Sequence record: MW384823.1
Strand: one strand, 5' to 3'
Length of the DNA: 64,000 bases
Each line of letters opens with the position of its first letter. Position 1 is the stretch's first letter. The position numbers and the translations under genes were made by a program. The notes under the pieces are model-generated. The model searched no databases. It was not told the origin of the DNA and was given only the letters and a program-made list of their open reading frames with translations. Positions 27,875-39,900 of the stretch are shown one piece after another.

Positions 27875-30800
27875 TTAGCCCGTCTTACGTGAGACGTTCA
27901 GACTTGGGGCTGGTTGTGGGTATGTCTGCGTTGATTTCGGTGCCGGTCCACTCGGTGGGCTGGACGGCCCCATCGGTGTACCCGTCTGCATCAGTTTCCG
28001 CATGTCCTCCAGAATCGCTTTGATATCTTTCGTGACTTGCAGTTGCTGATCGGCAACCGTGGCGTTAGAGAACCCACCTGCGGCTGGCGACATATCCGAA
28101 GACAACGGTGCTTGACCCCCGCCTCCGGCTTGTGCAGTGCGTTGTGCTGCCCCCGCTTTGACCTTCTCCACATCCTTCGGAGAGAGGCCATCGGCGGCTG
28201 CCTGTTTCGCAACCTCATCGGCAACGTTCGACATATCGGAACTGCCTGACGCCGTACCACCCGGTAGCGCAGGGCCATTTGACATGGTAGCGACTGCATT
28301 GTCTGCGGCCATTGCCCCTTTTGTCTCCATAGCCCCGTCTCGGCGGTTTTCGTTATCGGCGGGCAGGTTTTGGCCTGCACCGGCCGCGGTACCTTCCATG
28401 GACGGGTCGTTTGCAGCAGCACCCGAGGACACCGCAGGACTTGATGACGTCGGCGCATTCGGAGACAATCCACTGATAGCTTGTTTTGTCTTCGACGGGT
28501 CAGCCGTCATTTCGCTCGCGGTGACCGAACCCATACGGCCATTCAGTTCACGAATGACCTCATCCAGCGTACGAAGTCTTCCTTGTTTGGTGTAGAACAC
28601 ACTCTGGTTGCCTGCCAACACTTTCCGGGTAACCGGTGGTGCCGCAGTTGCCGGTGCGTTCGGATTCTTCGCCCATGCTTGCATGAACTGACGTCCACCA
28701 CCCGGACCTAAGAAGTGGTAGAGGTATGCCACCGCAGGCGGTGGTGCCTTACCACCCAAGTCTTTCTGGGCTTTCATGATGTTATCACGAATGAACTGCA
28801 CACCCAGAATGGTGTTCGCATGTGGGTCGAATTGCCCCCCGGAACTTGCCATCAGCTGTCCCGGAATACCAAACTGTCGTCCATATTGCCCCAGTTGTGA
28901 ATCCCAAGTGGAGTTAATGAACTGGAAGAGACCAGCGGCAGACGCATACGGGTTTTTCGCCTTGTAGTTAAACTTCGACTCGGCGTACGCCATCCCCAAT
29001 GCCACACTCGGTGGTACCCCCATGGAACGCGCAACATCAGAGATCATCTGCTTGATACGCTCCTCACTGTTCAGTGAGCCAATCGGGTACTTCTCTGCCA
29101 ACTGCTTGTAACTACCCGGTTCCACATCCCCGAGCTTAATACCAACACTGCCCGTGGAGATAGCCGCGTAGTTCTTCGCACCCCCCATCGCATCCACAGC
29201 TTGGTTAATGTCCGTTGGTGTGCCAGTAAAGGTACCACCACCGAAGTTCCCTGCTGCTTTTGCGGCCTTCTGGTCTTCTGCCGTGAAGAACGTTGACTCA
29301 CCATCGTCCTTGGTCTGGTAGAAGCTCGTGTTGGTGTTCTTGTCCGCCCACTTCGCACGCTTGCCCATCGGCTTTTTGTCGTTGAGTAAGTTGCGCACCG
29401 CAAGGTCAGCCTCTTTCGAGAGCACCTTCAAGGTTTCCAGTTCTTTCGAGACAGAACTCGGGTCCATGTTGGGGTCTTGACCAAACGGGTTAATTGCCAC
29501 TTCCCAGACAGACTGACGAATATCCGCTTTCATGTTGTAAGCACGGCTGGTTAATAAGCCCAGCTCAAACAGATACCCACCTGTCAGCTTCAGGTTTAAC
29601 GGATCGCCCGTTGGGACGAATCGATGGAAACCACAGACGTAGAACATAAAGGTTGGCAGGAAACGACTGGTGAACCACAGGCGCAGTTTTTCGCTACGGT
29701 GTGGGTCTTTCCATCCTTGAGGTTCGATAACATCCATCGCCTCTGTCCATTTCCCTTTGTACGACGCATTTTTAATGTCGATGTTCGGCAACACGAAGCG
29801 TTCCAGCATTTTCAGCTGGCCCACAATCGCAGGGTCGAGTTCCTTCAAACCGTACGTTTTGAAACGCAGAGATTCAAGGGCATCCACATCTTTCTGATTC
29901 AAGACCGCAAAGTTATCGACCTGAATCTGAATTTGCTCCGTACCGTCCTCCCACCCGTTTGGACGTGGGGCGTTCTCACGGTTTTCTTTGTCGCTGGTTG
30001 CCAGTGCGCTAAAGGCTTCTTTTACACCAGACTCTTCAATACCACGGGCTTCCATTGCGCCTTTGTTGAATTTCCGGTTCTTCTTGTCTTCCATACGGCG
30101 GTTAATGCCACGGAGCACATCTTCCTGAATGTCCATGACATCGTCGGCGTCGAGTAAGTCAGGTGAGGTGAAGGTCACCGCATCCTTGAACTTCTGCCAC
30201 AAACTCCGGTCAATGTTACGAGGGTCAGTCAGCGCACGCAGATGTGGGGCATCTTTGGTGAGCTGGACTTTGTTGAAGATGGACTTCATCTCGGACTTAC
30301 TGACTTTGTTTGCGTTCCCGACATCCGCTAACTGGATATCGCGCTCTTGGGCATAGAGCGCTGACAACCAACGCAGATAAATCGGGATAAAGCGCTGGAG
30401 CATCATCGCTTGGAAGGCGAGCATCCCGGACTTGTCATCCTCGGCCACACCGAACCCAACGGCTAACTCCTGCACCTCTTTCCCGCCTAAACCACGACAA
30501 GTGGCTTGTCCCGTTTCATTGAAGCTCACGTATTGCTTCAACTGTTTCTCAAGGTAACGTGCTTTGGCACCGTCGTCCGACGACCACTTATCGTAGTCTT
30601 GGAAACCGTACTGTGCCAGACGTAGGGTGTCGAGGTATTCGGTGTAGGTCGTGGTCGCAATCTTAAAGGCTGCCCATGTCAGGCCAACCACTGCACCCAC
30701 GGCCAGAATCACCGGCCAACCGACCGCCGTGACTACCGCACCCGCTGCTGTCGCAACCGGCATGATAAGTCCACGCATCGCAGCGCCCCCGAGCATACGG

Positions 30801-33800
30801 GCACCCCCTTTCGCTAACCACCACGCACCTTGGCCTAACAGCTTCGCTGGTTTCAGGATACCCCATTTCGCAATGGTGCCCATGACCGACGCAACCGTAC
30901 CCAGAATGCTCACCAATGGCCCAATGACCGGGATGGACTTGAACATGTCCATAATCCCTTTGGCCTTTCCACCGGAGCGACCACCGGAACCCGCAGAGGT
31001 CCCTTCGTGATCAGCCCGCTTACGGCGGAACCATTGGAGGTAGTCGCGTTTCTCACCCCCCTCTTTGAACTTCATGCGACGCGAGAACTTGGCATACATG
31101 CCACGGATGAACCCTTCTTGGGCCCCGCTCTCTTCCAGCGACGAACGCATGGTGTTGAACCAACTGACTTCTTGCAGGTTCACCATCCGGTTCATACGGT
31201 CTAAGAGTTTTGACCCGATAGACTGGGCTTTCCCTTTGGCCGCATTGAGCGCTTCGGAACCGGCTTCACCGGCTGCCGCGATATCGTCGTGGATCGCATC
31301 TTTGAACTTGTTCCGGCTGAACTTGCCTTTACGGTGCAGACGACTGCGATAGAAATCGGCAGTCTCGTCGTCACGACCCGCTAATCGGCGTTCTACTTCA
31401 TAGCGGGTACCGATGTCATGTTCCGACTCACGCATGGAATCACTGAAGTTGTTAAAGCGGTCACGCACCCCGCCTGCCCAACCCATGAACCCATCACGTT
31501 TACCCCGGAACCAATCGGACACACTGGCACGCCCGTTACGGAAACGACGGCCCCAACGGCGGTTCAGACGGGCTTTCACCCCGCGACCGAATCGTTGTGC
31601 GGATTTGAATGCATCTTTCACACCCGCTCCGCCCCCGGTGCCTTTCTCCATTTCCTCTGTCCAACCTTCATCCTCCGGTTCCCCCGGCATACGGCGGTTC
31701 AGGAGTTTGTAGATGCGGATAAGGATATGGTTGGTTTTCTTGCCGGTGGTGTTCAGGCCACCAAACAGGGAGTTGTTGCTGAAGAAGTCACCTCCTCCTT
31801 TCCCTTTAAACCAATTGGCAATCGGGTTGTTGGTTGCCAGATGTTTGAGCTTCCCGGCCCCTTTGCGGAGCATATCCGGGATACCCATCACAATGTCTTT
31901 GCCGCGAGACAACAGACTGCCGACACGTCCGATGATACGCTGGAGTGGTGACTTGATATCACGCCCCCATTTGTCCACCAGTTTGAAGTCCGGGTTCTGC
32001 ATCTCTTGCGCGGTAATAATGTCGTTACCGGCATCGTCCACGATTGGCCCGGTGATGTCCTTCACAGAGAAAACCGGGGTCTTCGTGGCTTTCAGCAGGT
32101 ACTTGCCTTGACGCATCAGCATGGACGTCATGCGTGGGAAGGTTTCCCCTTTCACGTAGATGTCCGGTGCCGTGGTAAACCACTCTTTGATGCTCTTGGC
32201 TTTCGGGGACAGGCGATCGAGTACCTTCTTCGGTGCGCCGATGACTTTTCGCAGGAAGCTACCGGATTTGTGGGACATCGCTTTGAACAGCGACTGGAGT
32301 TTCCCGCCTTTGTAGTAACTGAGTTTCCCCGCTGCTGCTAAATCGGCCGCAGAGAGAATCACATTACCGGCGTTGTCAAGGATGTCCATCCCCAACTGAA
32401 TCTCGTCCAACGTTTTCGGGTTGTGGAGGTGGTTGCCGTCTTCGCTCAGTTGCCAGTATTCCCCGGCTTCTAAACGTTTGCCTTGCAGCACCACCTTGCC
32501 CCGCTCGTCGTACACATCGCGCACCCCAAGCAGACCTTTCCCGAATTCCAGTGCCGAACCAAAGGCACCCGAAATACTGCCGGTGGTTAAGCCTTTGAGT
32601 TTGGAGAAGATACTCGGACCGTCGCCCGCGGCAAACTTGCCCCTTGCCCAACTGCCAAACTTCCCTAAGCGGTCTTTGGCACCCAAGACACCGCGTTTGG
32701 CCAGATTGAACCCGCCACTCGCCGTATCAAACAGAATACCGCCCCAACGACGCAATAGGCCGGACTCACCGAGGACGATACGACGACGGCGTGGACCACC
32801 CCCGCGTGGGGCAGGACCATCCCCATCACCACCACCGGTGCCAGCTTCATCAGGGCCACTTCCGCCTTCCAGAGACGCCAACAAGACACCTTGCTCATCC
32901 ATGTTCTTCACATGTTTGAGAATCTCTTGGACGTAGGTCGTTACGTTCGTGGCACGGATAGCCTCTATAAGCCTGTCAGTCTCGCCTGACGCGTTTTTAC
33001 GGTCTTGACCACCTAAGAGGTCGACTAAGTTCGTCTCGGTCTCTCCGTAGAGCACACGCGCCATTTGACGGGCTGTAATACCACCGCCATAACGCCCCTT
33101 ACCTCCGGCCACATCGTTCAGTGCTGAACCGGCGGATAGCGTGTCTTCTATTCCACCGTCTTCACCAAACTTACGACGGATGTAATCCGCTGTCGCAGAA
33201 CCGTTTTGCAGTTTGCGTTGCAGTTCTTGCTCACGGGTCAATGCACGACCGGAACGGGTCTTGCCCATGCGGGTGTCATTGAACATCGTGTACGGGTCAA
33301 CGAAATCTTTATCCACGCCAAAGACATTGTTCTTCTTGTCGTAGTTAAAGATACCGGCATCACGGAGGATACGTTCCCCGTAGATGGTCGCGGCTTGGTC
33401 GACGGCTTCCTGACGGCGTTTGTAGTGCACCTGTACCGACGAGATACGATCGTGCAACTCGTTCGACACTCCCCAGTTCTCGCCCGCGGTTCCCGCCGCC
33501 ACATGTTTCAGGGCATCGACGACCTTACGGGCTGTGGTGCCTCCCATGTAACGGTGGAGCTGCGATTGGTCTTTGATGATGGCATCGACATCCATGGACT
33601 TGCCGGTCGCAGCACGCGACTCGATGTAGTCCGCCAGTTGTTGGCGCTCTTTCGGTTCAAGCGTTTTCTTCTGGTCGATGTAATCAACGACGCTATTGAT
33701 GGACTCCTGTGTCCTCTGCCGCCCTTTATCGTCTGCTAACCCTTTACGGACACGGTCGGCTAAATCGCGACGACTGGTGATACCACGGGTGGTCATGTCG

Positions 33801-35263
33801 TATTCAACATCGGCGTGTTCGCCGTAACCACGACGAATCGATTTGTTGATTTCAGACAGCAACGCCGGAAGCGATTCGACCACGGTGAGATAGAACTTGC
33901 GGTCAAACTTCGCTGACCGGTTCAGGTTCTCGACATTACGCTCATCGAGGAACACGTTCTCCCGTTTCAGGGGATCGACGACACCGAGGGTGTTCCCCAT
34001 GCGGAACAGGTTCGCTAAGAACCCTTCGCTTTCTCCCGCAATCGCGGAGTTGGCAATCGTCCCGTCAGTGGCACCCCGCGCCAAGAACTTCGCGCGCTCA
34101 ATTGCGGACATCGCCTGCGGGTTATCTTCTAACCACGCTTTGGATTTCCCTTGGCCCTTTTCAACCAGTGGCCCCAACAGTTTCTTAGCAAGGAACTTGG
34201 TGGCCCAGCCGGTGGCTTTGTCACGACCGTTCTTCTTACGGGCATCCGGCGACAGGGAGGAACTGTCTTCCATCCCAAAGTCGTCTTCAACACCCATCCC
34301 CATTATCGTCTCAAGAATCCCACGACCGTCAGAGAAAGCACCCGAGATTTTCTTCGTGGCTTTCTGACGAATGGAGTCCATGAACCCTTCGGCGTATTTC
34401 AGGGGGTTCATCCACTCAGCGGCTTGACGACGAACGTGTGCCCAGCGAACTTCTGAGAAATCCTCTTTGGCATAGTCCGGCAATGCGGTGTTTTTGACAA
34501 TGGCTTCAAGCGCCGGGGTATTACGGTCAAACTCGGTTTGCTTGAGTTTGGATAAATCTTGCAACGCAAACAGGGTGCGGTACTGGAGTTCCAGTTGCTT
34601 ACGTTCAACGTTCAGCAACACCCCGCGGGTTAGCGCAGCCGTGGAGTTCGTATCACGGGCAATACTCAGTACAGCATTGAGCATCGCATCGGACTTCATG
34701 TCCTTCACGCCATCACGAATACGATCTTCGGTGGCCTGTTGCTGCGCATCGCGTTGTTCTTGCGCGGTCATCGGGGCCTCACCGCCGCCACCCTGACCGT
34801 TAAAGACTTCCGCCATCATGCGGTCTAAACCAGCCTGTTCAGGATCGTATTTGCCGCCCTGAATCTCGTCACTGCGTGCCCACTTATCTACTCGACGTGT
34901 AATCGCATCGGGTAAATATTTCTTCATTGTTGGGCCAAGCTGACGGGCTTGGTTCTTAATTACACGCTCAGTCTTGACCAGCTCGTCTTTGGTATGAGCG
35001 TAAACATCTTTTGCGACCGATTTGGCGTCTTGATAGCCCTTGTACGCATCGGTGGCAGAATCGGGCATACCTTTTAAAATGACCTGGTCGCGTTTGCCTT
35101 CTGGCCAAATTGCTGACAGTGCGGAACGCTTAATCGTGCGACCGGTCTCCAAGATTGGGTTACGTTTTTTGTCTTTGTTCCGAGGCGGCTCGTCAAAGTC
35201 ATTCCAATCAAGATCAAGGTTGTCGAAGTTAAAATCGTCGACACCATTTTTCTTTTTTGCCAT
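27875..35263 (-). CDS. Tail tape-measure protein with lytic transglycosylase (SLT) domain (phiKZ gp181-like)
   Basis: ~2460 aa and mostly helical. SLT motifs ALGMAYAESKF, AAGLFQFINSTW, DPHANTILG and AYLYHFLGPG at ~28700-29047. Divergent from the vRNAP genes. Confidence 0.88.
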   Translation of the reverse strand: MAKKKNGVDDFNFDNLDLDWNDFDEPPRNKDKKRNPILETGRTIKRSALSAIWPEGKRDQVILKGMPDSATDAYKGYQDAKSVAKDVYAHTKDELVKTERVIKNQARQLGPTMKKYLPDAITRRVDKWARSDEIQGGKYDPEQAGLDRMMAEVFNGQGGGGEAPMTAQEQRDAQQQATEDRIRDGVKDMKSDAMLNAVLSIARDTNSTAALTRGVLLNVERKQLELQYRTLFALQDLSKLKQTEFDRNTPALEAIVKNTALPDYAKEDFSEVRWAHVRRQAAEWMNPLKYAEGFMDSIRQKATKKISGAFSDGRGILETIMGMGVEDDFGMEDSSSLSPDARKKNGRDKATGWATKFLAKKLLGPLVEKGQGKSKAWLEDNPQAMSAIERAKFLARGATDGTIANSAIAGESEGFLANLFRMGNTLGVVDPLKRENVFLDERNVENLNRSAKFDRKFYLTVVESLPALLSEINKSIRRGYGEHADVEYDMTTRGITSRRDLADRVRKGLADDKGRQRTQESINSVVDYIDQKKTLEPKERQQLADYIESRAATGKSMDVDAIIKDQSQLHRYMGGTTARKVVDALKHVAAGTAGENWGVSNELHDRISSVQVHYKRRQEAVDQAATIYGERILRDAGIFNYDKKNNVFGVDKDFVDPYTMFNDTRMGKTRSGRALTREQELQRKLQNGSATADYIRRKFGEDGGIEDTLSAGSALNDVAGGKGRYGGGITARQMARVLYGETETNLVDLLGGQDRKNASGETDRLIEAIRATNVTTYVQEILKHVKNMDEQGVLLASLEGGSGPDEAGTGGGDGDGPAPRGGGPRRRRIVLGESGLLRRWGGILFDTASGGFNLAKRGVLGAKDRLGKFGSWARGKFAAGDGPSIFSKLKGLTTGSISGAFGSALEFGKGLLGVRDVYDERGKVVLQGKRLEAGEYWQLSEDGNHLHNPKTLDEIQLGMDILDNAGNVILSAADLAAAGKLSYYKGGKLQSLFKAMSHKSGSFLRKVIGAPKKVLDRLSPKAKSIKEWFTTAPDIYVKGETFPRMTSMLMRQGKYLLKATKTPVFSVKDITGPIVDDAGNDIITAQEMQNPDFKLVDKWGRDIKSPLQRIIGRVGSLLSRGKDIVMGIPDMLRKGAGKLKHLATNNPIANWFKGKGGGDFFSNNSLFGGLNTTGKKTNHILIRIYKLLNRRMPGEPEDEGWTEEMEKGTGGGAGVKDAFKSAQRFGRGVKARLNRRWGRRFRNGRASVSDWFRGKRDGFMGWAGGVRDRFNNFSDSMRESEHDIGTRYEVERRLAGRDDETADFYRSRLHRKGKFSRNKFKDAIHDDIAAAGEAGSEALNAAKGKAQSIGSKLLDRMNRMVNLQEVSWFNTMRSSLEESGAQEGFIRGMYAKFSRRMKFKEGGEKRDYLQWFRRKRADHEGTSAGSGGRSGGKAKGIMDMFKSIPVIGPLVSILGTVASVMGTIAKWGILKPAKLLGQGAWWLAKGGARMLGGAAMRGLIMPVATAAGAVVTAVGWPVILAVGAVVGLTWAAFKIATTTYTEYLDTLRLAQYGFQDYDKWSSDDGAKARYLEKQLKQYVSFNETGQATCRGLGGKEVQELAVGFGVAEDDKSGMLAFQAMMLQRFIPIYLRWLSALYAQERDIQLADVGNANKVSKSEMKSIFNKVQLTKDAPHLRALTDPRNIDRSLWQKFKDAVTFTSPDLLDADDVMDIQEDVLRGINRRMEDKKNRKFNKGAMEARGIEESGVKEAFSALATSDKENRENAPRPNGWEDGTEQIQIQVDNFAVLNQKDVDALESLRFKTYGLKELDPAIVGQLKMLERFVLPNIDIKNASYKGKWTEAMDVIEPQGWKDPHRSEKLRLWFTSRFLPTFMFYVCGFHRFVPTGDPLNLKLTGGYLFELGLLTSRAYNMKADIRQSVWEVAINPFGQDPNMDPSSVSKELETLKVLSKEADLAVRNLLNDKKPMGKRAKWADKNTNTSFYQTKDDGESTFFTAEDQKAAKAAGNFGGGTFTGTPTDINQAVDAMGGAKNYAAISTGSVGIKLGDVEPGSYKQLAEKYPIGSLNSEERIKQMISDVARSMGVPPSVALGMAYAESKFNYKAKNPYASAAGLFQFINSTWDSQLGQYGRQFGIPGQLMASSGGQFDPHANTILGVQFIRDNIMKAQKDLGGKAPPPAVAYLYHFLGPGGGRQFMQAWAKNPNAPATAAPPVTRKVLAGNQSVFYTKQGRLRTLDEVIRELNGRMGSVTASEMTADPSKTKQAISGLSPNAPTSSSPAVSSGAAANDPSMEGTAAGAGQNLPADNENRRDGAMETKGAMAADNAVATMSNGPALPGGTASGSSDMSNVADEVAKQAAADGLSPKDVEKVKAGAAQRTAQAGGGGQAPLSSDMSPAAGGFSNATVADQQLQVTKDIKAILEDMRKLMQTGTPMGPSSPPSGPAPKSTQTYPQPAPSLNVSRKTG

Positions 35264-35292
35264 TGTATTTACTTCCAATTCAGGAGCTTAAC

Positions 35293-36906
35293 GTGAAGAA
35301 GCTAAACTGGGTTGACATTTACTTGTTAAACGTCAACAAGTCCCTGGTGTCTCAGCTAAGACAAATTACTACTACCGACACGTTCCAAGGTATGACGAAA
35401 AACTTCCACCCGGAAGGACTTTACTCAACCGAAATCTTCGGCCTGACAGGTAGCGAGCAACGTGACGCAAGCTGGGCATACATCGATGTTAAATTAGACA
35501 TCATTTCTCCAACGGTTTGCTTAGGGCTGTTTGGCCTAAAGAAACTCTATGAGGACATTTGCGCAGGCAAACGCTTTGCGGTGTGGAATGAGAAAGAAAA
35601 AGATTTTGAACCGGCCCTGCCCAGTGATAAAGGCGCAGACACCGGTTATAATTTCTTCTTGTCCCATTACAAGGAACTGGCCCCCGCCCGTAACGACTCG
35701 TTACGCCGTGACGACTCACTCGACTTCTTCTTCAAATTCCGCGACGTCAGCCTCAGCCGCTATGTGCTGGTTCTGCCCGCAGGTCTGCGTGACCTGATCG
35801 TGCGCGAAGACGGCCGTGACCAAGAAGAAGAAATTGGGGGGATGTATCGCCGACTCATTTCGTTGGCGCGTGCAGTGCCTGACCGCAACGTCCGTACCGA
35901 ATTGACTGACCCGGTTCGCTGGAAACTCCAGCAAGCCTACAACGACATCTGGATGTACTTCTTTAACATCCTCGATGGGAAAGGCGGCTTTGCACGACGC
36001 AAGGTCACCTCTCGTAAGTTGCAGAACGGCACACGTAACGTGTTGTCCTCGTTCTCGACCGGGTCGAAGGTCATGGGTCGTGAAGACCAAGTGCGTGCCA
36101 CAGACACCCGTATCGGTCTGTACCAAGGTTTGAAATCACTCTTGCCGGTGGCGCAGTATAACATTCGCGAACGTTATCTGTCCCAAATCCGTGCCGGTGA
36201 TGGCAACCTGTATGGTATCAACACCAAAACGCTCAAACGCGAACTCCTCGAAGTACGCGGGAAGGTCTATGACCTGTTTACCACCGATGACGGTATTGAG
36301 CGGTTGATTAACCGACTGGAAGTGACTGAGGCTCGCCACCAACCGTTGATGATTGACAAAGACCACTATGTTGCGCTGATTTATCAGGACAACAAACATT
36401 TCAAAGTGTTCTTCGACATCGACGATTTGCCAGAAGCCTTCGACCGTAAAAACGTTCGGGGCATCAGTTTAGGTGAACTGCTATACCTGTCAGGGTATGA
36501 CCTCTGGAATGACTACTTCATGTTCGTGACGCGCTATCCGATTATCGGGCGCGGTTCGACGTACTCCTCGACCATAAGATTGGAGACCACCATCTCTTCC
36601 CTCTATATTCACGAGCTGGAAGATGACTGGTTAACGCCCAAGAAGAAAGGGGCAATCTCCTTCCCCGACAACCGCGTTGCGACGTGGGTCGAATCTATGG
36701 CACCGCACCCTTCACGACTGAAAGGGTTGAACGGGGACTACGACGGCGATATGGGTTCAGGCAACGTGCCGTTCTCAATTGAAGCATTAGAGGAAAACCG
36801 TCGTTGGGTAAACTCCAAGAACTACTGGTTCTCGACGGATGGCAGTTTCAAAGTGCAGCCTATAAATGACGTGATAGAACGGTCGATTAACGCGCTGTTA
36901 TTGTAA
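35293..36906 (+). CDS. Virion RNA polymerase beta' subunit fragment carrying the catalytic loop
   Basis: GLYSTEIFG at the N-terminus, RYP motif and LNGDYDGD (variant of NADFDGD). GTG 35293 with AGGAG RBS. Confidence 0.9.
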   Translation: MKKLNWVDIYLLNVNKSLVSQLRQITTTDTFQGMTKNFHPEGLYSTEIFGLTGSEQRDASWAYIDVKLDIISPTVCLGLFGLKKLYEDICAGKRFAVWNEKEKDFEPALPSDKGADTGYNFFLSHYKELAPARNDSLRRDDSLDFFFKFRDVSLSRYVLVLPAGLRDLIVREDGRDQEEEIGGMYRRLISLARAVPDRNVRTELTDPVRWKLQQAYNDIWMYFFNILDGKGGFARRKVTSRKLQNGTRNVLSSFSTGSKVMGREDQVRATDTRIGLYQGLKSLLPVAQYNIRERYLSQIRAGDGNLYGINTKTLKRELLEVRGKVYDLFTTDDGIERLINRLEVTEARHQPLMIDKDHYVALIYQDNKHFKVFFDIDDLPEAFDRKNVRGISLGELLYLSGYDLWNDYFMFVTRYPIIGRGSTYSSTIRLETTISSLYIHELEDDWLTPKKKGAISFPDNRVATWVESMAPHPSRLKGLNGDYDGDMGSGNVPFSIEALEENRRWVNSKNYWFSTDGSFKVQPINDVIERSINALLL

Positions 36907-36926
36907 CGTCTCTTTAAGGACTACCA

Positions 36927-39900
36927 ATGCTTCTCATCAAACAATTCAACCAGCGTTTCTCTGTGCGCCGCACGGATGAGTTCGGGAAACCGCGCATCAT
37001 CCCGCTTGAGAAACTCCAGATCCCGCGTGGGTCTGTTTTCCACACGGTCGACCTTGACCAAGTGGTGCTGGCTCCGCCGGTGACCACACCGTATTTCCAA
37101 GAGCTGGAGAAGCCCGCTCAAATTCGCCACCACTATCGTCTGCCGGAAGATGGGATTTCCGGTAAGCCGATTCCGGTACCGGTACAAGGTCAGGAACGTC
37201 AGATTCTGGCCTACCACCGTGCGAACCGTCGCTTCCGTCGCCTGACGGACGACACCTTAGTTCGCCGCGATCCGAAAGTGCTGCTCATCGAGAACTACAC
37301 CCCGATGCTGCCGCACTACCGTTATCCCGACACCCTGATGTCGTGGTACGATCGTCTGCGTAACATTCAGGTGTTAATCGCGAACCAGTTTAAATACGAT
37401 ACCGCCGAGTATCTGCGTCAGAACTACATCATTGTTAACCTCGGCTCCACCCTGCCGTCGTTTGATAAGTTCAAAACCACCTACAACAACCGTATCAAGA
37501 ACAAACTGGAGCACTTCCAGTCCATCGAGCTGCTGTGGCTGCTCGATCTGTTCGGTTGGGCGCGTGGTGACCAGAAAGATACTTTGTTCGCAGGCATGGA
37601 CATGACTCAACTGTCCCGCATGAACTTTATCTTCACCCACAACAGCGGCTTTACGTCGATGAACATGGGTGTAGTGGAGCGTATGCGTAAATCTGCCGGT
37701 GGTCGTTTAACAGATGATGTCATGTCGCGTCACTTTTATCGTACTCTGATTCAAGTGATGACCACCCAACCGTCTGATAAATTCGAAACTGAGTTTGTCA
37801 CGCCGGAAGGGGAAGAACAGACTGTCATGCACGATGTTGAGAACGACGACATCGTTGAAGGTTCTGATGACATCACCGATGAAGATATCATCAACGAAGA
37901 ACCGGTTGTGGATGATGATGTCGTGGACTTTGACACCAATGAAGACTTGGTGATTGAAGCGCCGAAAGAAGACATCAAGCCGACCACCATCGTCGTTGAG
38001 AAAACCATTGATCACGCGGCAGTGATTAAGCAAGAAGTCGAGAAGTTGGCCGAAGCCGGGCGTGTCACTGCGAAAGCATACAAGTTCCTGAACGAATCCA
38101 ACCAACGCTTCAACCAATTACCGAACCCGTACAATCCAAAAGAGACGTACGAGCAAGCGTTAACCTATTCGGTGAAAGACATTGAAGTCAAGCCGAAGAA
38201 AACGCTGGTTAAACCCCTTGTCACAACCGAAGACTGGACGCAGTCAACTGTTGATGCCATGGACAAGCAGTACAACAGCGTCGTGTTGCCGAAAGACATC
38301 CTGTCTGCTGTTGCGTCATCCCAGCGTTTGGGGATGGCGATTCATGACCACAAAGTGGAGAAAGAGATTTCCGTTACCGGGAATATCGAACACCACACGA
38401 TTCGTCTTCAACCAATCGGCGGGGAGCCAGTAACGGTCCGTTTCCAGACTCCTGCATTGACCGAAGATGGAACGTGGATGGCAAATGGTACTGAATACAC
38501 CATGCGCCGACAGCGTGTTGATTTACCGATTCGTAAAGTCGATTTCGACACGGTCGCTTTAACCACTGCCTACGGTAAAAATTTTGTAAGGCGTAGCGAT
38601 AAGGTAGCGAACGATTACGGTCGTTGGTTAACGAACGCGATTATCGTACAGGCGGTTGACCCGAAGAACACCAGCGTCACGGATGCGAAACTCGCAAACG
38701 TGTTCGACCCGCTCAATACGCTACCACGGCAATACACCATGGTAGCGCGGCGTGTATCCGGCTTTAACGCAATGGGTTATCAGTGGAACTTTGATTCGAA
38801 GAAACTCAACGAGTTCTTCGGTGAAGAGGGCGTGAAGAACCTTGAGGCGAAAGAGCTGTTACCAGTCGCGAAGATGCGTGGGAACAAGTTCATCGGGATG
38901 GATGAAAACTCGCAGCTCTATAAAGTCGACGGTGACAAGATGGAACCACAGGGTGACCTGGCCGACTTCTTAGGGGTGGATGCGTCGAAGTCTCCACGCG
39001 AGATGACCGAGTTGTCGCTGATGGGAACATCGCTGACATTGGGCTTCATTTTCTCCTACTACCTCGGTCTTACCGGTATGCTCAAACACTTCGGGATTCG
39101 TTACGAGGTACTGCCGCCGGGTAACCGCATCGATAAAACGCTGTACGATTCTGTTATTCGTTTAGCAGACTCGAAGATTGTAGTGATTTGTGACAATGAC
39201 AAACAAAGGATGATTGTCAACGGTCTGGATAAGTATCTGAAACTCCTGACCACCTACACGGAATCGGAAGTTGATCGTGAAGACATTTACCTGAACTTGA
39301 TTCGGGATGCAGATGGCCTGACACCACGGTACATCAATGAGCTTCGGTTAATGCGGACCGCATTCGTCGATGACATGCACGCTCGTATCCTCAGGAAGAT
39401 GGGGGAACCGGAAACCTTTATCGGGTTGTTGGAACGCGCTAACGAAATGTTGCTGAACGACTACACGAAACCGGAAATCAACGGCGATGAAATGATGTTC
39501 ATCGGCAACCAACGTATTGCGTACCACGTCTATACGGCGATGGTGAGAGCAATGCGTAACTATCAAAACGCACCGGGCAGTAACCGTCGCTTTGAATTGA
39601 GTCAGGATATGGTGTGGGGCGCTATTAACTCTGACCCAAGTGTGCTGCTGGCACCGGGTGCAAACCCGATTCAGTGCACCAAAGAAAAAGACGTCGTTAC
39701 CATGGGCGGGACGGGTGGTCGTAACCGTAAGACGATGGTGTACCATACGCGTGAGTTCCAGGAATCAGATCTGGGCATTGTGTCGGGTAACACGGTCGAT
39801 AACGGGGACGTGGGCATAACCGCCTTCCTGACCAACAACCCACGTTTTGATACGGTTGATGGCACCACCTTCACTCGCAGTAAAGAAGGTGAGGATCACA

